Virus record (IMG/VR): IMGVR_UViG_3300045540_000020
Span: 1-30,430 of that record
Source: a virus
Taxonomy: Duplodnaviria > Caudoviricetes
Reading direction: 5' to 3' (one strand)
Length of the DNA: 30,430 nucleotides
In this document: one piece after another, positions 9,376 through 18,632 of the stretch
How the letters are laid out: every line of letters begins with the position of its first letter
How positions within the stretch are numbered: the first letter of the stretch is position 1
Position numbers and translations under genes: made by a program
Notes under the pieces: model-generated
Told to the model about the DNA's origin: nothing
Database searches by the model: none
The model's input: only the letters and a program-made list of their open reading frames with translations

Positions 9376-11025
9376 ATGGCAACTCAACAAGAACTTGATG
9401 AGCTTTACAATGCTTTCCCATCGTCAAAGCCTACTGGGTTGACTGGACTTGCTCAAAATGTCTTTGGCACTGTACCTAGTTACTACGAGGGATTACTTGG
9501 CCCTGCTGAGACACAAGCGCTGCAAAAGAGATCAACTAATCAAGGCTTGTTAGGTGCTGCTATCGGCTTACTAGGTGGTATGGGTACGCGTGGCACTACT
9601 GCTGCACAAAACATCGCTGGCGCTCTTAGCGGTGGTATGCAAGCCTCACAGGGTGCTATTCAGCAAGGTCTGACTAACTATCAGATGCAGCAACAATTAG
9701 CACAAACTAAAATTGCTCAAGATCAAGCTGCATCATTACGTGCTGACGTTGCTAAAGTCATGCAAATGCCAGAGGTTCGAAATAATCCTGCGTTGATTGC
9801 TTCATTGCGTGCTGATCCTGCTAAGACTTTGGCATGGATTAACGAGAACATGGCTGTTAGCCAAGCATATCAACCGCAAGCACCACAGCAAGCTCCACAA
9901 CAACCAGGCGCAGAAACGTCTATGGTTGAGCCTACGCCGCAAGCAGGAACATTGCCACAAGTTCCAGTTACGGCAAAAGTATCTCCATTACAAACACAAA
10001 AAGATAGATTGCTAACTGCTAATCAGCGTCTTACTGGATTGCCGGGCAAGACTGCACAAGATGCTATTAAGAATAACCTAGATCAAATTGCTGCACTTGA
10101 TAAGCAATTGATGCAAGAGAATGTATCTACATTTGATTTTAATGGCATTAAAGGTGCAGTATCTCCTGATCTATTGCCGCAAGTTAATAACTTACAACGT
10201 CTTGCTGAGACAGGTCAGATCACAACAAAAGACTTGCAGGATGGTCTTAAAGATATTCAAAAAGCTGATTATGAATTTAAAAATAGTCAGCGTGATTACA
10301 CTAAAGAATCTGTCAGGATTGCTGGAAAAATGTTTCCAAATGTTCCATTTAATTCACTTAATCCGCAGCAACTTGGCGAATTAACGGATGAGATGGACAA
10401 GCGTGAAATTGCTAAACGTAGAGCTGGTGCAGCTAATGTAAGCGTTAGCACAGGTAAGGCATTTGGTACTGAGTTTGGTAAAGGTGTTGCTGAATCAGTA
10501 GGCAATACATTTTCTGCTGCACAAGGCGCTCAATCAACTCTTAGTGCGATTCAGAATATTCGCCCATTGATTCAATCGGGTGTATATGCAGGCCCATTGA
10601 GTAGTGTTCCTAGAGTAGTAGATCAATTAGCTACAAGTCTTGGGGTAACTGGTAAAGATAATAGCGAAAAACTTAAAAATACCGCTGTTGCTATGCAAGG
10701 TCTTGCAAGTCTTGAATTGTCTGCTGCACAAGCAATGAAGGGTCAAGGCGCAATTACTGAAAATGAACGTGGCTTGATTAAGCGTGCTGCTGCTGGTGAC
10801 TTGCAGACATTTACACAGCCTGAAGTATTGGCTTTGCTTAATGCTCTTGAGAAAACATCGCAATTTAAGATTAAAGCACATGAGAAAAATTTAGGAAGAT
10901 TGCGTAATCGTCCTGATACTGCTGATCTCGCTGACTTTTATTCGCTAGAGCAGCAAGCTCCAGCAGCACCATCTGCTCCTGCTGGCGTAAGAAAATATAA
11001 TCCTGCGACAGGGAGACTTGAATAA
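9376..11025 (+). CDS. Internal virion / DNA ejection protein
   Basis: 549 aa; GLLGAAIGLLGG segment, helical Q-rich body, GQGAITENER motif. Confidence 0.6.
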   Translation: MATQQELDELYNAFPSSKPTGLTGLAQNVFGTVPSYYEGLLGPAETQALQKRSTNQGLLGAAIGLLGGMGTRGTTAAQNIAGALSGGMQASQGAIQQGLTNYQMQQQLAQTKIAQDQAASLRADVAKVMQMPEVRNNPALIASLRADPAKTLAWINENMAVSQAYQPQAPQQAPQQPGAETSMVEPTPQAGTLPQVPVTAKVSPLQTQKDRLLTANQRLTGLPGKTAQDAIKNNLDQIAALDKQLMQENVSTFDFNGIKGAVSPDLLPQVNNLQRLAETGQITTKDLQDGLKDIQKADYEFKNSQRDYTKESVRIAGKMFPNVPFNSLNPQQLGELTDEMDKREIAKRRAGAANVSVSTGKAFGTEFGKGVAESVGNTFSAAQGAQSTLSAIQNIRPLIQSGVYAGPLSSVPRVVDQLATSLGVTGKDNSEKLKNTAVAMQGLASLELSAAQAMKGQGAITENERGLIKRAAAGDLQTFTQPEVLALLNALEKTSQFKIKAHEKNLGRLRNRPDTADLADFYSLEQQAPAAPSAPAGVRKYNPATGRLE

Positions 11026-12560
11026 TGGCTAAAGTCATTGATGTACCAGGTCAAGGATTAGTTGAGTTTCCTGACTCAATGTCGGATGAACAGATTGTTG
11101 CGGCTATTCAAAAAGTATCTACGCCACAGCAAACTACTCCTATGCAAGACTTCACTCGTGGAGCTGGTTTGGCCGCTAGAGGCGCTGCGCCTGTTGCTGC
11201 TGGTGCTGGAGCTGGATTCTTGGCTGGTGGCCCTATAGGTGCGGTTGCTGGTGGACTTGCATTGCCATTGGCTGAAATGGCTACACAAGGCGCAAATGTA
11301 GTTCTACCTAAAAGTATGCAAATACCATCTCCGTCTGGTGCGGTTGAGGGATTGCTTACAAAGTTAGGTTTCCCTGTTGCTCAAACTACTAGTGAGCGAG
11401 CAATTCAAGCTGCTGGTGGTGCTTTAACTGGTACTGCTGGTCAATTAGCTGCATTGCCAAGCGTTGCTAAGACTGCTACTACCGAACTTGGTAGAAATAT
11501 TGCTGGAACATTAGCGCAACAACCTGGCCGTCAATTGGCTGCGGCTGCTCCTGCTGCTATGGCTGCTCAAACTGCTGGCGAGTCTTATGGCCCTGTTGCT
11601 GGTCAACTTGCTGGTGCTGCTGTAGGCGCTCCATTTGGTGTTGGCGTAAAGGTTCCTGGCGGTGTATCAAGAGAGCAATTAGCAGTTCAATCTAATGCGG
11701 CATTTAAACGCGCAGAACAATCTGGCATTGCTCTGAATCCGTTTAGGTTCAACAAGCAGATGGGTGATATATCTGTTGATCTTCGTAATGAAGGTTACAC
11801 GCCTACTGCTTATCCTAAAGTTGAATCGGCTATCAAAGAATTAACGCTTAATCCTAGACCAAAGGATTTTGTGGAATTACAGGCTTTACGTAAGATCATT
11901 ACAAATGCACAGGCTAGTATTGATCCTGCTGAAAAGCGCATTGCCACTATCTTAAAAGACAAGTTTGATGATTATGTATTAAATGTTCCAGCTAAAGATA
12001 TTATGGCTGGTGACGTTAAAGGTGGAGCCGAAGCATGGCAACAGGCACGAGGTGAATACTCAAAGCTAATGAAGGGCGAAGTATTTGAAAAGATGCTTGA
12101 GAATGCTCAATTAGACGTTAGTAAGTTTACGGCATCTGGCTCTGAGAATTCACTTGCACAGCAATTGCGCCAGTTAGCTAAAAACGATAAGAAGATGCGT
12201 TTGTTTACTGCTGGTGAGAGAGATGCAATTAAGGCTGCTGCTAAAGGCGGCAATACTCAAAACCTTCTTAAATTCTTTGGTAGGTTTGCTCCTACTGGCC
12301 CTGTTAGTGGTGCTTTTTCTGGTGGTGCTGCAATGTATGAGCCTACTATCGGCCTACCAATAGCTGCCGGTGCTACTTTATCAAGGATGGCTGCTACTAA
12401 AATGAGAAAAGGAAGTGTTGAGGATTTGGCTAACATGATGCGCTCCGGTGTAATGACTAAGCCACCTGCTTCACCTTATCCTGCTATTACCGCAACTCGT
12501 GGTTTGCTTTCTCCACAGATTACTTCTGAAGAACTCCAACAAATTTATGGTGGTCAATAA
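11025..12560 (+). CDS. Internal virion / DNA ejection protein
   Basis: 511 aa; N-terminal VEFPDSMSDEQI, several glycine-zipper hydrophobic segments, TAATG coupling on both sides. Confidence 0.6.
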   Translation: MAKVIDVPGQGLVEFPDSMSDEQIVAAIQKVSTPQQTTPMQDFTRGAGLAARGAAPVAAGAGAGFLAGGPIGAVAGGLALPLAEMATQGANVVLPKSMQIPSPSGAVEGLLTKLGFPVAQTTSERAIQAAGGALTGTAGQLAALPSVAKTATTELGRNIAGTLAQQPGRQLAAAAPAAMAAQTAGESYGPVAGQLAGAAVGAPFGVGVKVPGGVSREQLAVQSNAAFKRAEQSGIALNPFRFNKQMGDISVDLRNEGYTPTAYPKVESAIKELTLNPRPKDFVELQALRKIITNAQASIDPAEKRIATILKDKFDDYVLNVPAKDIMAGDVKGGAEAWQQARGEYSKLMKGEVFEKMLENAQLDVSKFTASGSENSLAQQLRQLAKNDKKMRLFTAGERDAIKAAAKGGNTQNLLKFFGRFAPTGPVSGAFSGGAAMYEPTIGLPIAAGATLSRMAATKMRKGSVEDLANMMRSGVMTKPPASPYPAITATRGLLSPQITSEELQQIYGGQ

Positions 12561-13315
12561 TGGCAAAGACAAAGATTAGTGAATTCGACACAGACCCTTC
12601 GTTAAATACTGACATTGACAGTATTAACATTGCAGAGGGATGCGCTCCTAGTGGCATTAACAACGCTATTCGTGAGCTTATGTCGCAGCTAAAGAATCAG
12701 CAAGATGGTAGCTCATTAGATACGTTTACTGTTGGCAATACGCTAACTGTTAATGCTGCTAACTCGTTGCGATTAGCTGATACTGATTCATCGCACTATG
12801 TAGGCTTAAAATCTCCTGGCACTGTATCGACTAGCTACACACTGACACTGCCTACTGCTGACGGTACTAATGGGCAGGTTCTTAGTACCAATGGCTCTGG
12901 TGTGCTTAGTTTTGGTAATGCTGGCGATGTAACGCTAACAGGCACTCAGACGCTTACAAATAAAACGATTGAGGCTGGTACGTTTACTAATGGTTATACT
13001 GAGGAAGTTTTTACCGGAAACAGCTCAACGGCTATTACGTTAGATTTAGCCAACGGCACAGTACAGATTATTACCTTGACAGGCAATTGCGTATATACAT
13101 TTCCAACACCCGTGGCTGGCAAAAGTTTTACCCTAATTCACTTACAAGACGCAACAGGCTCTCGTACAGTCACATGGCCTTCGACGGTTGATTGGCCTAG
13201 TGCAACTGCACCGACGCTGACAGCTACAGCATCTAAGGCTGACAAGTTTGTGTTTACAGCTATCAGTGGCACAAGTTGGCTTGGAAGTGTAGCTGGACAG
13301 AACTATACTGTTTAA
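12560..13315 (+). CDS. Tail fibre / adaptor protein
   Basis: N-terminal anchor EGCAPSGINNAIRELM, LTLPTADGTNGQVLSTNGSGVLSF and QTLTNKT fibre motifs, C-terminal beta domain (QDATGSRTVTWP). Confidence 0.8.
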   Translation: MAKTKISEFDTDPSLNTDIDSINIAEGCAPSGINNAIRELMSQLKNQQDGSSLDTFTVGNTLTVNAANSLRLADTDSSHYVGLKSPGTVSTSYTLTLPTADGTNGQVLSTNGSGVLSFGNAGDVTLTGTQTLTNKTIEAGTFTNGYTEEVFTGNSSTAITLDLANGTVQIITLTGNCVYTFPTPVAGKSFTLIHLQDATGSRTVTWPSTVDWPSATAPTLTATASKADKFVFTAISGTSWLGSVAGQNYTV

Positions 13316-13324
13316 GGAATATAA

Positions 13325-15355
13325 ATGTTTAGTTCAAATACTTCTGGGGTTACTTCTGGTGCTGCACCTAAAGCATTGGCGGTAGCACATGCTACATCCC
13401 CATTCATTACTGTTTATAGTTGGGGCGCAAGTGGGTTTAGAGGAACTTACAGTAATCCATCTACATTGCCTACTTCTGCTGCAAATGGTGTAGCCTTTAG
13501 TCCTGATAATTCTGCTATTGCAGTAGCACACAATAATGCACCGCATATTTCAGTTTATCCTTGGAGTAGTTCTGGTTTTGGCGCTAGGTATTCCAATCCA
13601 GCTACAACGCCTACAGCTAATGGACAACAAGTAGCATTTAGTCCTGATGGTTTAAATATTGCCGTAGCACATCTTACAACGCCATTTATTTCAGCTTACC
13701 CTTGGTCTAGTTCTGGGTTTGGAACTAAATATGCAAATCCAACTACTTTGCCTGCGGGTAGTGGAAACGGTGTCGCATTTAGTCCTAATGGTTCTTCCAT
13801 AGCAGTCGCACACACCACATCACCAAATATATCAGCCTATCCTTGGTCTGGCTCTGGTTTTGGGACTAAGTATGCAAATCCAGCTACTTTGCCTGCGGGT
13901 ACTGGACAACAAGTAGCATTTAGTCCTGATGGCTTAAATATAGCTGTAGCTCACGCCACAACGCCATTTATTTCAACTTACCCTTGGAGTGGTTCTGGTT
14001 TTGGAGTTAAATATACGAATCCAGCTACATTACCAGCCAGTACTGCAAATGGCGTAGCATTTAGTCCTGATGGTTTAAACATTGCAGTAGCTCACGGTAG
14101 TACGCCATTTATTTCAGCCTACCCTTGGAGTGGTTCTGGTTTTGGTACTAAATACAGTAATCCAGCTACATTACCTGGTGGTCAAGGATATGATGTAGCT
14201 TTTAGTCCTGATGGTTTAAATATTGCATTAGCATTTAATAGTGCATCACCATATATTTCAGTTTATCCTTGGAGTGCAGGTTTTGGGACTAAGTATGCTA
14301 ACCCAGGCGTACCACCTCCTGATAATGGATTTGGCGTAGCATGGAGTACAGTAGGCGATGCAAAATATCCGCAGTTTGTTGCAGTAGGACACGATACAAC
14401 TCCATTTGTTTCAACTTATTCTTTCGGTAATGGATTTGGAACTAAATACGCTAATCCATCTACATTACCTACTTCTAGTGGAGAAGATGTAGCTTTTAGC
14501 CCTAACGGTTCTGCTATTGCAGTAGCACACCCTGGGTCTCCTTATATTTCAGCCTATCCTTGGTCTAGTTTAGGTTTTGGGACTAAGTATGCTGATCCTG
14601 CCACATTACCTACTGGCACTGGGAATGGCATAGCATTTAGTCCAGATGGTTCAGCCATTGCAGTAGCACACGATACAACACCATTTATTTCAGCTTACCC
14701 TTGGAGTGCAGGATTTGGGACTAAGTATGCTGATCCATCTACGTTGCCTCCTAGCGTTGGGAATGGCGTTGCCTTTAGTCCTGATGGTTTAGTTATTGCA
14801 GTAGCTCACAATTCATCACCATTTATTTCAGCTTACCCTTGGAGTGGTAGCGGATTTGGAACCAAGTATTCCGATCCAGCTACACTACCTGCGAGTAGTG
14901 GAAACGGTGTAACATTTAGTCCTGATGGGTTAAATATTGCTATAGCACATACTAACTCACCATATATAGCAGCATATCCTTGGTCTGGTTCGGGTTTTGG
15001 AACTAAGTATTCAAATCCCGCTACACTACCTACTGGCAATGGATTTGGCATAGCATTTAGTCCTGACGGTTCATCTATTGCAATAGCTCACAGTAGCGCT
15101 CCTTGTATTTCAGCTTACCCTTGGAGTGCAGGTTTTGGGACTAAGTACAGCAATCCTGCTACATTACCAACAGGTACAGGATTTGACGTAGCATTTAGCC
15201 CTGATGGTTTAAATATAGCCGTAGTAAACAGCACAACACCATTTGTTTCAGCTTATCCTTGGAGTGGTTCGGGTTTTGGAACTAAGTATTCAAATCCTAC
15301 TACGTTACCTACAGGTCAGGGAAAAGGCGTAGCTTTTACACAAATAATCTCTTAA
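13325..15355 (+). CDS. Double 7-bladed beta-propeller (WD40/YVTN-like) protein, candidate receptor-binding protein
   Basis: 14 repeats of about 46-47 aa carrying VAFSPDG and AVAH, with a linker after repeat 7; between tail fibre and chaperone genes; AAGGA RBS. Confidence 0.8.
   Translation: MFSSNTSGVTSGAAPKALAVAHATSPFITVYSWGASGFRGTYSNPSTLPTSAANGVAFSPDNSAIAVAHNNAPHISVYPWSSSGFGARYSNPATTPTANGQQVAFSPDGLNIAVAHLTTPFISAYPWSSSGFGTKYANPTTLPAGSGNGVAFSPNGSSIAVAHTTSPNISAYPWSGSGFGTKYANPATLPAGTGQQVAFSPDGLNIAVAHATTPFISTYPWSGSGFGVKYTNPATLPASTANGVAFSPDGLNIAVAHGSTPFISAYPWSGSGFGTKYSNPATLPGGQGYDVAFSPDGLNIALAFNSASPYISVYPWSAGFGTKYANPGVPPPDNGFGVAWSTVGDAKYPQFVAVGHDTTPFVSTYSFGNGFGTKYANPSTLPTSSGEDVAFSPNGSAIAVAHPGSPYISAYPWSSLGFGTKYADPATLPTGTGNGIAFSPDGSAIAVAHDTTPFISAYPWSAGFGTKYADPSTLPPSVGNGVAFSPDGLVIAVAHNSSPFISAYPWSGSGFGTKYSDPATLPASSGNGVTFSPDGLNIAIAHTNSPYIAAYPWSGSGFGTKYSNPATLPTGNGFGIAFSPDGSSIAIAHSSAPCISAYPWSAGFGTKYSNPATLPTGTGFDVAFSPDGLNIAVVNSTTPFVSAYPWSGSGFGTKYSNPTTLPTGQGKGVAFTQIIS
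13379..15340 (+). repeat. Coding tandem repeat, 14 units of about 138-141 bp
   Basis: Recurring nucleotide blocks such as GCATTTAGTCCTGATGG, ATTTCAGC(C/T)TA(C/T)CCTTGG and GGTTTTGG(G/A)ACTAAGTA. Confidence 0.9.
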
Positions 15356-15371
15356 CTTCAAAGAAAACAAA

Positions 15372-15638
15372 ATGACAGACAAAACAATTGAAACTCCTAA
15401 AACCCGTGAAGAAATCTTGGCAATGTCGCTTGAGGCGCGTGAAGCAGAGGTAATGAATTACCAGATCAATATTGACAACTACGCTATTGCGCTAGAAGAA
15501 ATTGGTAACTTATCACCAGATGAACGCACTGAGCTTTCAGCTTTTACAGATCAACTTCGCACACTTTTGACTAGCGAGAAGTTAGAGCAAAAGAAAGCAA
15601 AAATTATGTTGTCAGTTATTAAAAAACAAGTGGGGTAA
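15372..15638 (+). CDS. Hypothetical coiled-coil protein
   Basis: 88 aa helical ORF directly after the propeller gene. Confidence 0.7.
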   Translation: MTDKTIETPKTREEILAMSLEAREAEVMNYQINIDNYAIALEEIGNLSPDERTELSAFTDQLRTLLTSEKLEQKKAKIMLSVIKKQVG

Positions 15639-15641
15639 TTT

Positions 15642-16097
15642 ATGCACGCACTTATTGAAAACGGTACTGTAAAGCAGTATCCATATAGTTTAAGCGATAT
15701 AAAAATTGCTAATCTAAATACCAGCTTTCCAAGCACTATTAGTGACGTATCAATGGCTGAATACGGCGCAATGCGGGTGTTCAATACAACCCCACCAGAA
15801 TTAACTGACACTCAAGTACTAGAAGAAAACACACCAATCTTTAGCAATGAAGATCAGCGTTGGACTCAGGTATGGCAAGTGCGGGATATGACTTCTGAAG
15901 AAATACAGCAGCGCAATGATGGTAAAGCATCGGAAGCTCGCATAGTACGAAATGAAAAATTAGCAGAATCCGATTGGACTCAATTAAGTGATTCAAATGT
16001 AGATAAATCAGCGTGGGCTACTTATCGTCAAGAATTACGCGATATTCCATCTCAACCTGGCTTTCCTTTGGAAGTTGTTTGGCCTACACAACCGTGA
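15642..16097 (+). CDS. Tail fibre assembly chaperone-like protein
   Basis: C-terminal RNEKLAESDWTQ...WATYRQELRDIPSQPGFP...WPTQP motif. Confidence 0.8.
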   Translation: MHALIENGTVKQYPYSLSDIKIANLNTSFPSTISDVSMAEYGAMRVFNTTPPELTDTQVLEENTPIFSNEDQRWTQVWQVRDMTSEEIQQRNDGKASEARIVRNEKLAESDWTQLSDSNVDKSAWATYRQELRDIPSQPGFPLEVVWPTQP

Positions 16098-16104
16098 GTG
16101 AATT

Positions 16105-16311
16105 ATGTCAGACGTTAATCCTCAAGAATTTGGCGCATTGCAAGCAGATGTTAAGACATTAACGGCTGAGATTCACTTACTCCGCAAAGAGATGGCCGAT
16201 GTAACGGCTATGCTCAATCAGGGCAAAGGCGGCATTTACATGATTGTATTTGCCGCTGGTGCTTTAGGTTCCGTTATTACCATGAGCGTTAAGAAACTAT
16301 TTGGTGGATAA
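16105..16311 (+). CDS. Small coiled-coil plus transmembrane protein (lysis region)
   Basis: 68 aa; heptad N-terminus, one C-terminal hydrophobic helix. Confidence 0.65.
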   Translation: MSDVNPQEFGALQADVKTLTAEIHLLRKEMADVTAMLNQGKGGIYMIVFAAGALGSVITMSVKKLFGG

Positions 16312-16851
16312 ATGGACCCCATAACTATCGGCGCAGCGGTTGCTATCGCTAAAACTGCTGTAGCCGGAGTTAAAGAGCTAATATCATTAGGTCACGAAAT
16401 TCAAGATTGCTATCACGACATAGCAACATTCTTCGATAAGCAAACAGAAGTTGAACTTGCTGTCATCGAGCAAAAAAAGCAGAAGCTAGAGGCCGTTAAA
16501 AGCGGTTCTCCGCAGCGTAGTGCTACCGCAGAGGCGTTAGAAGCAACATTTGCAAGTAGAGAGATGATCCGGCTAGAAAAAGAGCTTAAAGAGGCTCTAA
16601 TTTACGGTAGCCAGGAGTCAGGTCTTTATGACGAGATGTGCCAGCGTCGAGATGCAATTATCCTAGAACGAAAACAAGAGATCGAAGATGCAGAGCGTGA
16701 GGAACGTATGCGTCTGGCTGAAATTCGTCGCAAGAAAGAGCAAAAAATACAGGATATTCAGGAATGGTTAGCGGTAGTGCTAGGCGTTTCTATTAGTAGT
16801 TTCGTAATGTATGCAATATGGTGGATGTTTAAAAACGGGGGTAAAGACTAA
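16312..16851 (+). CDS. Membrane-anchored coiled-coil hypothetical protein
   Basis: 179 aa; MDPIT start, charged coiled coil, C-terminal TM segment. Confidence 0.7.
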   Translation: MDPITIGAAVAIAKTAVAGVKELISLGHEIQDCYHDIATFFDKQTEVELAVIEQKKQKLEAVKSGSPQRSATAEALEATFASREMIRLEKELKEALIYGSQESGLYDEMCQRRDAIILERKQEIEDAEREERMRLAEIRRKKEQKIQDIQEWLAVVLGVSISSFVMYAIWWMFKNGGKD

Positions 16852-17336
16852 TGATGACTCTAATTACTACGCTAATCTCTTTTCTATCGGGTGGCTTGCC
16901 TAAGCTCTTGGACTTCTTTCAATCTAAGCAAGACCAAAAGCATGAGTTAGCATTAGCGCAATTGCAGATGACGCAGCAGCTAGAGATGGCTAACAAGGGC
17001 TTTGAAGCTCAAGCGCACATTGAAGATATTAAGACTGAGCAGATTGGTATTCAGACGCAAGCAGATGAACGTATAGCGTTGTATTCTCACGACATTGAGA
17101 TAGGCAAAGGTGCTAGCCAATGGGTGATTAATGCTCGCGCTATGGTACGTCCTACAATTACTTACGGTCTATTCTTGCTACTCGTTGCTATTGATATTGC
17201 CGGCGTTTGGTATGCCTGGACGCAAGACGCTCCATTCAAGGAGATGATGGACTTGGTTTGGGATGACGATACGCAGACTATTTGGGCTTCTGTTATAAGT
17301 TTCTGGTTTGGCACACAGGCGTTTAGCAAGAAATAG
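16851..17336 (+). CDS. Putative holin (3TM, gene-transfer-agent type)
   Basis: Hydrophobic N-terminus, WV..RAMVRP.ITY motif, terminal ISFWFG; upstream of the lysozyme gene. Confidence 0.7.
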   Translation: MMTLITTLISFLSGGLPKLLDFFQSKQDQKHELALAQLQMTQQLEMANKGFEAQAHIEDIKTEQIGIQTQADERIALYSHDIEIGKGASQWVINARAMVRPTITYGLFLLLVAIDIAGVWYAWTQDAPFKEMMDLVWDDDTQTIWASVISFWFGTQAFSKK

Positions 17337-17892
17337 TCTCATCAATTAATGATGCCCATCTTTTTCCATTGCCTATAAGGTAAATTGTACTTGGATTTAG
17401 ATTTGTTATTATGGCTAACGAATTTGCGCTAACTCCTTTTTTTAAAGCCGATCTAATATGAAGAACTTGTCTTTGAGTTAACTTACTTGATTTTGAATTT
17501 TCTCCATTTAAATTAACTAATCCTGTTTCCCATTCATGTTTTGAATTATCAGATCGGCTTATCCACTCAAGATTTTCAATTCTATTATCAGTTTTTATGC
17601 CATTAATATGATTAATTGTTAATTCTTTTTTGTAGCCAGGAACAAATGCCATTCCAATTAATCTATGAACAAATACTTTAGGTCTTTTATCTTCAATTTT
17701 TTGTGAAACTACAAAATATCCAGATGATGAAATATACGGGCTTATTTTTTTACTTTTAATAGTTCTTTTATGGATGTCTTGTTTGTTAAATTTATTCCTA
17801 ACAATAATTGATTCTCTTTCTGAGCTTAAAATTGCACCATCTTCTCTAACAAGCCAAGTTACATTTTTTTCAAAAATAGAAACTGTTTTCAT
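17323..17892 (-). CDS. Free-standing HNH homing endonuclease with a C-terminal HTH-like domain
   Basis: VHRLIGMAF...INHINGIKTDNRIENLEW...N..H motif and a SKLT..QV..IR tail; AT-rich; antisense to its neighbours. Start at ATG 17892 preferred over 17934. Confidence 0.85.
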   Translation of the reverse strand: MKTVSIFEKNVTWLVREDGAILSSERESIIVRNKFNKQDIHKRTIKSKKISPYISSSGYFVVSQKIEDKRPKVFVHRLIGMAFVPGYKKELTINHINGIKTDNRIENLEWISRSDNSKHEWETGLVNLNGENSKSSKLTQRQVLHIRSALKKGVSANSLAIITNLNPSTIYLIGNGKRWASLIDETISC

Positions 17893-17935
17893 GATGTCAA
17901 TAGTTTGGTTGGACACATATAGAGCATAACACAAA

Positions 17936-18439
17936 ATGAAAATAAGTGAAAACTGTAAGAATGTATTGATACATCACGAAGGTTTGCGTTTGAAGCCTTA
18001 TTTATGCCCAGCGCATATTTGGACTTGTGGTGTTGGATCAGTTTTATATCAAGATCAAATTAAATTGCCAATGATTAGAAACTCAGATAACAATGCAATT
18101 ATGATTAGAAAAGAATACAAATTAAAAGACTGTGATAATAGGCTGTGGAGCAAAGATGAAGTCATTAAATTACTTGAGAAAGACTTGCAGCGTTTTGAGC
18201 GAGGTGTACTACGTTATTGTCCTATTATTGCTACTCAAGGGCAATTCGATGCTCTCGTCTCTTTTAGCTTTAATGTAGGATTGGGAACATTACAGCGCAG
18301 CACATTGCGCCAAAAACACAACCGAGGTGATTTTGAGGGCGCTGGTAGTGAATTCATGAAATATACACGAGGCGGTGGTAAGGTTCTCAAGGGTTTAGTT
18401 AATCGTCGTAAAGATGAAAGATCAATGTATGGCTACTAA
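17936..18439 (+). CDS. Endolysin, GH24 phage lysozyme
   Basis: HEGLRLKPYLCPAHIWTCGVG catalytic region, QFDALVSFSFNVG and GLVNRRKDE. Confidence 0.9.
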   Translation: MKISENCKNVLIHHEGLRLKPYLCPAHIWTCGVGSVLYQDQIKLPMIRNSDNNAIMIRKEYKLKDCDNRLWSKDEVIKLLEKDLQRFERGVLRYCPIIATQGQFDALVSFSFNVGLGTLQRSTLRQKHNRGDFEGAGSEFMKYTRGGGKVLKGLVNRRKDERSMYGY

Positions 18440-18632
18440 GAAAATACCTGCTGACTGTATGCCGATGTGCCAAAGCTGTTCATTTTTTGAACGTGAGAAA
18501 AATGAGGATGTTGGTATTTGTAGACGGTTTCCACCTAAGACAATCTATCTAGGTGACGATGAGTTTGATAGCTTTTTCCCTATTACGTCTGTTGCCGAAT
18601 GGTGCGGTGAATTTAAAAGGCAGGTGTCATAA
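18429..18632 (+). CDS. Small Cys-rich hypothetical protein
   Basis: CQSCSFF...CRRFPP...WCGEF pattern. ATG 18429 is the likely start (track gives 18414). Confidence 0.65.
   Translation: MATKKIPADCMPMCQSCSFFEREKNEDVGICRRFPPKTIYLGDDEFDSFFPITSVAEWCGEFKRQVS

Noticed and set aside
13379-15340. Regular ~140 bp repeats as a CRISPR array or DGR template/variable repeats
   Set aside because: The repeats are in-frame coding units with synonymous variation and no unique spacers. There is no cas or reverse transcriptase gene in the window, and differences are not adenine-specific.
17323-17935. Group I intron around the HNH gene
   Set aside because: Both flanking genes are intact and the HNH ORF fills nearly the whole insert, leaving no room for a ribozyme core. 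The same holds for 27689-28168.
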